The notes under the pieces: generated by a model
The model's database searches: none
Seen by the model: only the letters and a program-made list of their open reading frames with translations
What the model was told of the DNA's origin: nothing
Source of the DNA: Candidatus Bathyarchaeota archaeon
Lineage (GTDB): Archaea > Thermoproteota > Bathyarchaeia > Bathyarchaeales > Bathycorpusculaceae
Reading direction: 5' to 3'
NCBI GenBank assembly: GCA_018396955.1
Contig: JAGTQI010000001.1
Coordinates: forward strand, 6,467 to 70,466
Length of the DNA stretch: 64,000 nucleotides
Position numbers and translations under genes: made by a program
Part shown: one piece after another, positions 9,352 to 17,306 of the stretch
Layout of the letters: every line of letters starts with the position of its first letter
Numbering within the stretch: position 1 is the stretch's first letter

Positions 9352-9519
9352 ATGTCCCAGGCCAAAAAGGTTTTAGACATACGCCTTAGACTGACGGGCG
9401 AAGTTAGAACACGCTTTCTAGAGATTAAGCGTGCCAAGGGGTTAACAAACAGCACAGAAGTTCTACGGCTCATCATCAACGAATACTTTGAGAAACACCT
9501 TGCCAAGGAGGCCCAATAA
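9352..9519 (+). CDS. Ribbon-helix-helix protein, 55 aa, not in the ORF track
   Basis: Own translation: MSQAKKVLDIRLRLTGEVRTRFLEIKRAKGLTNSTEVLRLIINEYFEKHLAKEAQ. SD ggtgagg lies upstream; paralog of 8611..8796. Confidence 0.65.
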   Translation: MSQAKKVLDIRLRLTGEVRTRFLEIKRAKGLTNSTEVLRLIINEYFEKHLAKEAQ

Positions 9520-9520
9520 C

Positions 9521-9685
9521 ATGACGGGAAGCCTACCAAGAAGGATCACTGTTTCCAGCGAAGACCGTGAGTTTATCCGCGATGAGCTGGCTTGGCTTGC
9601 CGAACGGATTCACAGAAGGTATCGGAAGCTCAACTTTGCAGACATCCGCCGGCTACTGCTGGAAATGGTTCCTGTAAGCGTCTAA
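9521..9685 (+). CDS. Small protein, possibly RHH-like
   Basis: MTGSLPRRITVSSEDREFIRDELAWLAERI..; ATG follows immediately after the previous stop. Confidence 0.35.
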   Translation: MTGSLPRRITVSSEDREFIRDELAWLAERIHRRYRKLNFADIRRLLLEMVPVSV

Positions 9686-9699
9686 GGAGGGTTGTTTCT

Positions 9700-9861
9700 T
9701 TGGCACGTAAGGTGAAGATTTCAGTTTCCATCGAGCCTGAATGTCTTGAAAGGCTTGAGGACTTAAGCCGTGAAGCGGGCAAGTCGATAGGCTCTCTGAT
9801 TCGTGTGGCTGTTAAGGAGTTTTTGGATGGGAGAAACGCGCATGAACGAAGCTTTAGGTGA
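9700..9861 (+). CDS. Ribbon-helix-helix protein
   Basis: KVKISVSIEPECLERLEDLSREAGKSIGSLIRVAVKEFL. SD aggagg lies 10 nt upstream of the TTG start (start uncertain). Confidence 0.5.
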   Translation: MARKVKISVSIEPECLERLEDLSREAGKSIGSLIRVAVKEFLDGRNAHERSFR

Positions 9862-10843
9862 AATGGTTGAAGGCGGGTTTGAGGAGTTTAGGGATCCTCT
9901 TCTGAAGCTTAAGGGCGTGACGCCTGAGTTTGCCGCGTTGCTTAAGGAGGCTGGATACTACACTATTGAATCGATTGCCACTGAGGTTCCCCACTTCCTC
10001 TTTCAAAGGATTGGGGAGAGGATGGGTTTTAGCCTCGATAAGGCTGAAGCCCTCATAAGGGACGCTAGGGGCAAGCTTGACATCCGCATATTGTCGGCTA
10101 AGGAGCTTTACGAGGAGGAGGTGAAACGCCAAACAATTCCAACGGGCTCAAAAGCTTTAGACGAGATTCTGGACGGCGGGATAAGAACCCAAGAAATAAC
10201 TGAAGTCTGTGGGAGCTACGCCTGCGGCAAAACAGAGCTTGTCTACACCACAGCCGTCTTGGCGCCTAAAGCCTTAGGCGGGGGCGTCCTCATATTGGAC
10301 ACGGAGGCCACCCTAAGCGTAACCCGTATACGTCAAATAGCAAAGGCAAGGGAGCTTAACCCTGACGAGGCAATAGCCCACATCCACCTGCGGAAGGTTC
10401 CCTCATCCCCAGACCTTATAGCAACCCTTGAAACAGCCCACAAGTTCATAAAAGAAAAGGGCATACGCTACCTGGCCATTGACAGCTTCGTATCCCCCTT
10501 CAGAAGGGAATATCCCGGGCGCGAGCTCCTATGCCCAAGGCAGCAGAAGATAAACTACGCCATCGGCTTGCTGATAAAGCTGGCAAGAGCTTACGACATG
10601 GCTGTCCTCGTCACAAACCAGGTTCAGGCAACCCCAGTAGCCCAATACACAACGACAAGGCCAGAGTTTATGCGACCGCCGATAGGCGGATATGTTATGG
10701 CTTATGGAGCCAACAACCGCATATACCTGCAGGAAACCGACAAGCCCAACATAAGCATAGCCACGCTGATAGATTCAAGCTATCTTCCAAGACAAAGCAG
10801 AACCATAAGGATAACTGAAAGGGGAATAGAAGACGCAGGTTAG
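9842..10843 (+). CDS. RadA-family recombinase (full length with HhH N-domain), divergent copy 2
   Basis: LKLKGVTPEFAALLKEAGY (HhH), Walker A GSYACGKTE, Walker B YLAIDS, VLVTNQV. Start chosen at internal ATG 9842. Confidence 0.8.
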   Translation: MNEALGEMVEGGFEEFRDPLLKLKGVTPEFAALLKEAGYYTIESIATEVPHFLFQRIGERMGFSLDKAEALIRDARGKLDIRILSAKELYEEEVKRQTIPTGSKALDEILDGGIRTQEITEVCGSYACGKTELVYTTAVLAPKALGGGVLILDTEATLSVTRIRQIAKARELNPDEAIAHIHLRKVPSSPDLIATLETAHKFIKEKGIRYLAIDSFVSPFRREYPGRELLCPRQQKINYAIGLLIKLARAYDMAVLVTNQVQATPVAQYTTTRPEFMRPPIGGYVMAYGANNRIYLQETDKPNISIATLIDSSYLPRQSRTIRITERGIEDAG

Positions 10844-10928
10844 AAAAAGCCCGATTTTCTCCTCTTTTCGGAAAAGCGGCAAAACTTCAACATAAATTAG
10901 CACGCGAGAGTAAGGTGATGATTAAAAA

Positions 10929-11909
10929 ATGGCGGAAATTGAAAAAGAAGGCAGAATTGAGGTTATTCCAATAGAGCAGTTGAAGCCTCTACCAATGCAC
11001 TTCACGGTTATCGGCAGAGAAGAAGAGGACATGCTGAGGGAGGACATGAAAACCAGAGACTTGAACAGCATAGACCCAATCCTGGCAAGAAGGATGACGC
11101 CTGAAGAAATGGCGGAAGCCAAAGAGAAATATCCATTTGCCAAATACGAGATAATTGACGGACACACAAGATGGGAAATTGCTAAACTTCTAAAGTGGGC
11201 TGAGATTAGAGCTATAATAATAGAATGCAACCGCGACGAAGCCTACATTCTAAACTACAAGCGAAACAGGGAGAGAGGCATTGTTGATCCGATGCTTGAA
11301 GCATTATGCTTCAACCACTTTTACCAGAAGGGCTACACTGCCTCTCAGTTGGCTGAACTGTTTGGGGTAAGCGAACGGCGTGTGTGGGAAATACTAAAGC
11401 GTTTAAGGGTTGGAAGGGAAGCTAGGCGCAAAATAGTCCAGCAAGCCTTCATGGGAAAACCGCTGACCGGAAAACATATAGAAGTCGTAGCCGCACTTCC
11501 AGAGGATAAACAGCCAAAACTTGTTGAAACAATAGCTGACAAAGGGTTAAGCGTCAAAGAAACCAGAAAAGTCGCTAAAGCGCTTGCCACAAAACCCGAA
11601 GTGGTTGAACGAATTCTTGAACTCCCAAAGCCCAAGCTTGTTGAAGAAGCTGAAAGGATAGTTTCTCCACCCATGCAGAAAACGCTGGAAGAACTGGCCT
11701 ACGAAAGGGCCATGGAAATGAAGCAGTACTACCCAGCAACAATGGTCAGCACCATCTATGAACGGTATAAGGGCGAATATTTCCAAGACGTTTTGAAGGC
11801 TGCAACTTGGCTGTTATGGAGCAGACTGACAGAAGGGGAGAGGGAGAAAACAGCAGCCGAGGCAATAAAGCTTGGAGGCAGAGGCTTCAAAGAGCCAATA
11901 TCTGGCTGA
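10929..11909 (+). CDS. ParB/Srx N-terminal domain protein with HTH
   Basis: YEIIDGHTRWEIAK (ParB-like DGHxR box) and an HTH-like YTASQLAELFGVSERRVWEIL. Confidence 0.6.
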   Translation: MAEIEKEGRIEVIPIEQLKPLPMHFTVIGREEEDMLREDMKTRDLNSIDPILARRMTPEEMAEAKEKYPFAKYEIIDGHTRWEIAKLLKWAEIRAIIIECNRDEAYILNYKRNRERGIVDPMLEALCFNHFYQKGYTASQLAELFGVSERRVWEILKRLRVGREARRKIVQQAFMGKPLTGKHIEVVAALPEDKQPKLVETIADKGLSVKETRKVAKALATKPEVVERILELPKPKLVEEAERIVSPPMQKTLEELAYERAMEMKQYYPATMVSTIYERYKGEYFQDVLKAATWLLWSRLTEGEREKTAAEAIKLGGRGFKEPISG

Positions 11910-12534
11910 AAGGCTTCACAGCCTTTTTGTCGCCCGCACCGACGTCTACGGAGTGGAAGACAAGCATGGATGGAGAACCGAAAGGGGAAAACTCACCATA
12001 AACCACATTGAAAACCACCTGAAGGGAGAGTTCACCCTAGGCGTTTACCCCTTCAACAGGAAAGGCGTCATCAAATGGCTCCTCATAGACATAGACTACA
12101 AGGTTGGAGAACTATTCTACGATTACATGTGCAGAAAGTTCAGCAGGGAAAGCGTAATCCTCGAAGAGACAGGAGGAAAAGGCACCCATGTATGGGCGTT
12201 TCTGCAGCCAACACCCCTATGGCAAATAGCCCACAAAATAGACGAGATGGAAAATGAAACCAAACACAGAATATTCCCAAAACAGCGAGAATGGAAAAGC
12301 GACATAATAGGCAATTTTGTCCGCCTACCACTGGGCAAACATCACAAGACCGGAAACTGGAGCAAAATAGTCAAAGGCGACATATGGACAGCCAAGCCAT
12401 ACATTACCTGTGTTCACCGTGTTTACGACCAGTTTGGAGATGGAAACTGCCCAGCCATCGACGGCACAGCAGGCCACTGCCAAGAAAACCTATGTCCCCA
12501 CATGCTGAAAAGGAGTCAACGTTATGGACGTTAA
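11872..12534 (+). CDS. Primase-polymerase (AEP superfamily PrimPol domain)
   Basis: LLIDIDYK (DxD), GGKGTHVWAF (sGxGxH) and FVRLPLGKHHKTG motifs in the canonical order. Overlaps the end of parB-like. Confidence 0.65.
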   Translation: MEAEASKSQYLAERLHSLFVARTDVYGVEDKHGWRTERGKLTINHIENHLKGEFTLGVYPFNRKGVIKWLLIDIDYKVGELFYDYMCRKFSRESVILEETGGKGTHVWAFLQPTPLWQIAHKIDEMENETKHRIFPKQREWKSDIIGNFVRLPLGKHHKTGNWSKIVKGDIWTAKPYITCVHRVYDQFGDGNCPAIDGTAGHCQENLCPHMLKRSQRYGR

Positions 12535-12685
12535 TACGAGGCTTTTAGCCCTTGCGGAGAGGCTTGAGAGGATGGCTTTAGACCTGGAAGCCTACTCCGC
12601 CCTAATCGAGAAATACAACCGAATAATCAGGGAAGGGCTGAAGCGGTTCCGCACGCCAATCATTCAAACATTGAGGGGAGGTTGA
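12524..12685 (+). CDS. Small coiled-coil protein, 53 aa, not in the ORF track
   Basis: Own translation MDVNTRLLALAERLERMALDLEAYSALIEKYNRIIREGLKRFRTPIIQTLRGG; fills the gap between flanking genes. Confidence 0.3.
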   Translation: MDVNTRLLALAERLERMALDLEAYSALIEKYNRIIREGLKRFRTPIIQTLRGG

Positions 12686-12889
12686 GTGGGAAGGGTAAAA
12701 ACCATAGTTAAAGTTCCAATAGAGGAGACGCGATGCTGGAGTTGTAGCCTTCTCGAAAAAACAGTGGGGGGCGACTCAACTACTGGGCAAATAGTTAAAC
12801 GCTACAGGTGTCCAAGAAACGCTGTCCTGCCAGACCAGCTTCCGCCCTACTTTGCGGAGAAATGCGAACTATACAGGCGGAAGGTATGA
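12686..12889 (+). CDS. Small Cys-containing protein
   Basis: 67-aa ORF with CWSC ... C motifs; abuts the previous ORF. Confidence 0.3.
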   Translation: MGRVKTIVKVPIEETRCWSCSLLEKTVGGDSTTGQIVKRYRCPRNAVLPDQLPPYFAEKCELYRRKV

Positions 12890-12936
12890 TTGGATCGGTT
12901 TGCTAGTAGCGGATTTCACCCCAATGTAGAAAAAGG

Positions 12937-13152
12937 TCATGTGAACCTTTCGAGGTCGTTGCCGTGGTTTTTGAACCATTCCTCGAGGGCTTCATGCACT
13001 ATCCTGGTTTTTAACCCTTGGGGTATGCGTCCCATCTTGTTGGCTACCGCCAGAAGATAAGAGTTCATTTTCTCCATAAGCTCAGGAGTCAGCCTCACCG
13101 TCAGCCATTCCGGTCCTTTAGGCATACCAACACCATAAACCTCATACCACAA
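12937..13152 (-). CDS. RHH-like small protein
   Basis: LTVRLTPELMEKMNSYLLAVANKMGRIPQGLKTRIVHEALEEWF. Confidence 0.4.
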   Translation of the reverse strand: MWYEVYGVGMPKGPEWLTVRLTPELMEKMNSYLLAVANKMGRIPQGLKTRIVHEALEEWFKNHGNDLERFT

Positions 13153-13160
13153 GCTGGTAT

Positions 13161-13571
13161 TTATGATTTCCTATCCTCAACAAAAAGCTTCAGAGAAAAC
13201 TTGCTGCGGCTAATTATTGGAATTGGCTTCTTAGCCTCTTCAATCGGCAGGTATTGAAGGTTCAGGCAAGCCACAATCATCGTTAGAAGCCTCTTAGTTG
13301 AGGCTTCGTCGATTTTAGTATTTTCCAGATATTGTAGGCTGTATCCGTCTGGTCCCACACCAGCCATTACGCCGCAGTTAGCCATCGTGTTGAAAATCCA
13401 CATGGCTGCTCCAACAACGCCTATTGCGTTGTCAGCTAAATCCTCAGCCCTCTTAGCCTCGTTGAAGGCGTAAACATACCATTTCTCGCCTATAGCAGTC
13501 TTGTTCTTCTCAAGCCACTCATAAAAGGCTTTGAATAGGGATTCTCTGAACATTCTGACGAGGGATTCCAT
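13161..13571 (-). CDS. Hypothetical protein
   Basis: 136-aa ORF in a tightly packed minus-strand gene array. Confidence 0.35.
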   Translation of the reverse strand: MESLVRMFRESLFKAFYEWLEKNKTAIGEKWYVYAFNEAKRAEDLADNAIGVVGAAMWIFNTMANCGVMAGVGPDGYSLQYLENTKIDEASTKRLLTMIVACLNLQYLPIEEAKKPIPIISRSKFSLKLFVEDRKS

Positions 13572-13574
13572 GTT

Positions 13575-14030
13575 TTAACCCTTCAAGAAGGCCTTATAAT
13601 CTGTAAGCCGTCTATCGACCTTCTTTGAGAAGTCCTTCAGGGAGAAGCTTAATGCAGGCTTTTCTGAGCCTAGGAGACCTTTAAGCCATGCCAGGATTTT
13701 CTCGCTGTACGCCTTGTCGCTTGCCCCTTCATAGTGGATCTTTGTTATGTGGGGGCTGTCAACATAGTCTTTGGGCTCGACTGTGAAGGATAGCCATTCT
13801 CCCCAGGAGTCTGGCTTATCCCTCTTGTATAACGACACGTATATCTTCATTATCTCGCCTTTGACGCCGTAGCTGAACTCTAAGTCGACAACCATGTTTT
13901 CTGACCTAACATGTATCTCGTCTATCCTCTGCATCATGCCAGTAACTTCATGGGCGAACCGTTGCAGGGCAGCCTCAAACTGTTCGATGGAGTATTCGCT
14001 TCTTATGGTTCCCATAACGCCACCCCACAC
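13575..14030 (-). CDS. Hypothetical protein
   Basis: 151-aa ORF preceded by the recurrent GGGGTG SD motif. Confidence 0.35.
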   Translation of the reverse strand: MWGGVMGTIRSEYSIEQFEAALQRFAHEVTGMMQRIDEIHVRSENMVVDLEFSYGVKGEIMKIYVSLYKRDKPDSWGEWLSFTVEPKDYVDSPHITKIHYEGASDKAYSEKILAWLKGLLGSEKPALSFSLKDFSKKVDRRLTDYKAFLKG

Positions 14031-14042
14031 AGAAAAAGGGGG

Positions 14043-14981
14043 CTATTTACGCCTCAGTTTGATCCATTCGGCTAGGTTGAATTGGTCGGCTGTTATGGGC
14101 GGAGGCTTAACGTAGAATTTTGAAACGTCTGCTGGCGCCCATAGGTTTCCATAATCCCATAGGGGACTTGACGGCCCAGTATGATCTGGGTCTATTAATA
14201 GCGAGTTTGCGCAGACAATGCTGTATGGGTGTCTGCTGAACAGGGCCATGTTGACGAGGCAGGCTCTATACATCCAAACGTCTATGTCTATGCCGAACAG
14301 GATTAGGGGCTCGTCTGGATACATGAGGCTAGCTTCTATAAGGAAGCGACCAGTCCCAACCGCAGGGTCAAGAATTGTTTGAGGCTTCTTGAGGCTTTCA
14401 ACGTTTTTAGCGGCCCTTTCCAGGGCTTTGCTCGCCCATAGTGGTGGACCATGCCTAAGCGTGTAGTCTGCCGTCCAAAGCAGTGCTTCAGCGTCAACCC
14501 AGACCCCCTCCTTCTTGAGGAGGTAGTCCGTCATAACCATTTGAAGCATGAGCTGGACAACGCTTCTCGGCGTTAGCATTTGTCCAAGCCTGCTGTTGGC
14601 TAGGCGTTCCTCCATGAAGACTTCGCCGATGTAGTCCCATGGCTTAGCCCTTGCAGCCTCAACAAACTCCTCAATCAGCCCAGTCCGCCTAACCCTTTCA
14701 GCCAAATCCTTTGGAACCTCGCGTTTTGCAGGCTTAATTTCTCCCTTGAAAAGCCTGCTTTTGGGCAGTTCTGGAAGCGAGTAACGCCAAGGCTCTTCTA
14801 TAATGCCTAAATGGTCAGCCACAAGCTCTATGGCTGTTTCCCAGCAACGCCTAGTTGAATGTCCAGTGGCATGGTAAACCTCGTCCATAATGCCCATGAA
14901 AAGCTGTTTGGCATCGCTTTCTCTGGCTCTTTTAAGCCTAACCCTGTAAAGCAGCTCCTCTAAGTTGCTTCTTTTATCCAA
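14043..14981 (-). CDS. SAM-dependent N6-methyltransferase-like protein with atypical catalytic motif
   Basis: Motif I ILDPAVGTGRFLIEA, then CANSLLID. A KPPP tetrad (14097-14108) sits where (N/D)PP(Y/F) is expected, and the protein ends about 17 aa later. Confidence 0.55.
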   Translation of the reverse strand: MDKRSNLEELLYRVRLKRARESDAKQLFMGIMDEVYHATGHSTRRCWETAIELVADHLGIIEEPWRYSLPELPKSRLFKGEIKPAKREVPKDLAERVRRTGLIEEFVEAARAKPWDYIGEVFMEERLANSRLGQMLTPRSVVQLMLQMVMTDYLLKKEGVWVDAEALLWTADYTLRHGPPLWASKALERAAKNVESLKKPQTILDPAVGTGRFLIEASLMYPDEPLILFGIDIDVWMYRACLVNMALFSRHPYSIVCANSLLIDPDHTGPSSPLWDYGNLWAPADVSKFYVKPPPITADQFNLAEWIKLRRK

Positions 14982-15011
14982 AAGGCACCCCGAAAAAAGA
15001 GAAAAAGGGTT

Positions 15012-15800
15012 TTAGCTTGTTTGCTGTTGCTTCTTTTTCTTGGCTGTTGCCACTATAAGCTGGACTGGTGGAAGCCTCTCAAGGGTTGGAGCCTGTTTCA
15101 CGGGTATGGGAATCTTGGCCGGTGTCTCCATTAAATGGTTGAGCCTCATCTTGGTGTCTGTCAGCTTCAGAAGCCAGCCGAACTTTCCATCAGCCATAAT
15201 CGGGCATAGAAAGGCATAATAGCTTACGAAGCCTCTTCCGTGGCTGTAGGTGGCTACGCCAACCTTGTCCTCTTTGAGCATTTTCTCGGCGAGCTCCCAA
15301 AGCTTCACAACGTCCAGCTTCTTGTCCGTGTATAGTTCATAGACGGCTGTGATAACGAACTCGTCCACCACGGTTGATGGAACCCAGTTTTCAGGCGGAA
15401 TATCTAACAGCTGAGTTCTCTCGAATGGGCGGACAGTGTGTTCTTCGCCATTCTCGTCTATGTAATAGTATTCTATAAGCTCGCCTATTTCCTTCTCGTC
15501 CACAACGTTGCCCTTAGAATCCACAAGCTTGTAGCTGTAGTGGGATAGGATTTCGAGAGCTTCGCTGGAGGACACCTGCTTTCCAGTCTCAGGGTCTATA
15601 AGCCTTGTCTCTGTGGCTAGCTCCTTTCCATGTCCAATCCACAGAAAACGTCTGTCAGCCACAACCCTAACCTTCTCCAGAATGTCGCCCGTGTCGATTC
15701 TACGCATTTGGATATCTGGCTTTGGCACCATGATCTCGTTGCCCACAAGCTTCATTTTAACGTCAACTTCTATTCCAGCAGTCCTTATCCTTAGGGGCAT
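15012..15800 (-). CDS. Ku-like DNA end-binding protein (tentative)
   Basis: By eye the central and C-terminal part (WVPSTVVDEF..YELYTDKKLDVVKLWELAEKMLKEDKVGVATYSH..) aligns with the bacterial Ku core (FVP..VDP..Y.L.PD...Y.LL...L.......AI..F). Lies immediately next to an ATP-dependent ligase. Confidence 0.4.
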   Translation of the reverse strand: MPLRIRTAGIEVDVKMKLVGNEIMVPKPDIQMRRIDTGDILEKVRVVADRRFLWIGHGKELATETRLIDPETGKQVSSSEALEILSHYSYKLVDSKGNVVDEKEIGELIEYYYIDENGEEHTVRPFERTQLLDIPPENWVPSTVVDEFVITAVYELYTDKKLDVVKLWELAEKMLKEDKVGVATYSHGRGFVSYYAFLCPIMADGKFGWLLKLTDTKMRLNHLMETPAKIPIPVKQAPTLERLPPVQLIVATAKKKKQQQTS

Positions 15801-15829
15801 AGAAGCACCCCGTGAAAGAAAAAGGGAGG

Positions 15830-16730
15830 TCAGATGGTTTTGATGAACACCGGATGCCTTAAATGCCCATTCTCCGTGGTTTCATAGTATTTTACGAGAA
15901 CCTTTAGGTTGGCTTTGACGGCTATGTAGGGCTCGCCTACAACATTTTCGGGATAGGGCTTCTCGGCTGGCGGGCTACGGCTGAGGACATCCCATATCCT
16001 AGCCATTTCATAGTTGTTGAAGCCTGAGCCGACGCATCCCCTGAAGCTTCCGTCTTTAGGGTTAGCTAAGACGAGGCTTCCGAAATGTCTGCCCTTGCTG
16101 CTTGGACAGTAGCCCACGATGAGGCATTCTTCAGTCCGCCAGTTCTTAACCTTAAGCCAGCTCCATGAGCGTTCGCCTAAAACGTAGCGGCTGTTAAAGT
16201 CCTTAAGGATTAATCCTTCCCTCTGCTCAGAAACAGCCTCCATCCAAGCTTTTTCAACATCCCGCCTGTATGGAACAAACTGTATGGTGTTAGACTTGCC
16301 TATTAACGCCCTTAGAAGTGTCTTCCTTTTCCAGTAGGGCTTGTCCACAACATACTCGCCTTCAAGCTTTATAATGTCGAAAGCCTTGAAAGCCACGGGA
16401 TACCTGCGTATTAAGAGCGGGTCTGGGAACTGGGTGCTGCAACGCCTCTGGCATGGAGTGAACTCTTCCCGTCCCGTTTCCGGATTTATGTAAACCACTT
16501 CGCCGTCAATTATGAAGCTTCCTGGGATAGCCTTTGCCGCTTCAACAATCTCTGGAAGCCTAACAGTGTAGATTATGCCGTGGCGGTTCTGAAGGGTAAC
16601 TTCGCCTTTCTCCTTGATGACTAGGCATCTTGTCCCATCATATCTGCCGAGCTGGATTAAACCAGCTTTTCGGCTCAGCAACAAAACCCTGCCTTTTAAG
16701 GTCGCTTAAATCCCCTGTCTGACAAAGCAT
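15830..16730 (-). CDS. ATP-dependent DNA ligase (minimal, about 291 aa if joined), interrupted by a 25-nt intervening sequence in motif I
   Basis: Downstream part: YDGTRCLV, FIIDGEVV, FKAFDII, EGLILKD, WLKVK, which are ligase motifs I(second half)-V. The 21-codon upstream mini-ORF (16668-16730) ends in GFVAEPK. Joining gives FVAEPK|YDGTR, a canonical motif I. Confidence 0.75.
16643..16667 (-). other. 25-nt intervening sequence in the ligase gene with bulge-helix-bulge geometry (candidate mini-intron; alternatively a disabling insertion)
   Basis: RNA sense: GCCG-AAA-AGCUGG-UUUAAU-CCAGCU-CGGC-AGA. This gives a 4-bp helix flanked by two 3-nt bulges on opposite strands plus a 6-bp stem-loop. Confidence 0.45.
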
Positions 16731-16777
16731 CACCCTTATCAAAGAGAAAACACCCCAAAATAGAAAAAAGGATAAGA

Positions 16778-17119
16778 TTACGGTTGCTTTCCTTTCCAGC
16801 TTATGTAGGCTTTGAGTGAGAAGTCATCTTTGCAGCCTAGGTCTTTTCTGGCGTATTTGAATATGGCTTCAGCCAGCTCTTCGGGGAAATACTTCTCTAG
16901 GAACTCTTGAACCCTCAAGGTGTCGTTTTCAAACTCGCTTTTCCTAACTCCCAAAGAGTCTATTTCTGGGTTAACCTTCTTTATCATGTCTGAGTATATG
17001 GTGACTTGGGGTTCCTCGCCTAAGATGTTGATTACGTAGAAGGCTAAGCGCTCCTTGCCCTCATAGAAGCTTCTGAATGGGTAAGCCTTTCTGGTTATGA
17101 TCTTCAAGGTCTTCACCAC
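16778..17119 (-). CDS. Hypothetical protein
   Basis: 113-aa ORF preceded by the conserved intergenic motif. Confidence 0.35.
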   Translation of the reverse strand: MVKTLKIITRKAYPFRSFYEGKERLAFYVINILGEEPQVTIYSDMIKKVNPEIDSLGVRKSEFENDTLRVQEFLEKYFPEELAEAIFKYARKDLGCKDDFSLKAYISWKGKQP

Positions 17120-17295
17120 TGTTCGTTCACAATCTCAATGCATCTGAGCCCAACATCCAATAGGAGTTTAAGCCAGTCCTCGTCTATTTGCCTCTTCTCT
17201 AAAACGTTTACAGCTACGTCTAGGCTTTTCAGAATGCTAGCCGTAGACATTTCCCTCCAAACCTTAGCGTTAACCTCGTCCATAAAACACCCCAA
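17113..17295 (-). CDS. Hypothetical small protein
   Basis: 60-aa ORF overlapping the next gene by 7 nt; conserved SD motif upstream. Confidence 0.3.
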   Translation of the reverse strand: MGCFMDEVNAKVWREMSTASILKSLDVAVNVLEKRQIDEDWLKLLLDVGLRCIEIVNEQW

Positions 17296-17306
17296 ATAGA
17301 AAAAGT

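Noticed and set aside
9120-9539. 139-aa minus-strand ORF
   Set aside because: It spans a divergent promoter region and overlaps two convincing small RHH genes (9089-9235 on the minus strand in another frame, 9352-9519 on the plus strand). The translation is Arg/Ser/Pro-rich with no domain.
12075-12548. Alternative-frame ORFs inside the PrimPol gene (both strands)
   Set aside because: They are basic, low-complexity translations nested in a gene with clear AEP motifs.
16640-16690. Programmed +1 ribosomal frameshift or T4-gene-60-style bypass as the explanation for the split ligase
   Set aside because: A +1 shift anywhere before the in-frame TGA would leave 8 extra residues between Lys and YDG and destroy the KxDG motif. 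For bypassing there is no matching take-off and landing codon pair flanking the 25 nt. Plain pseudogenisation cannot be rejected and is kept as the alternative in the finding.
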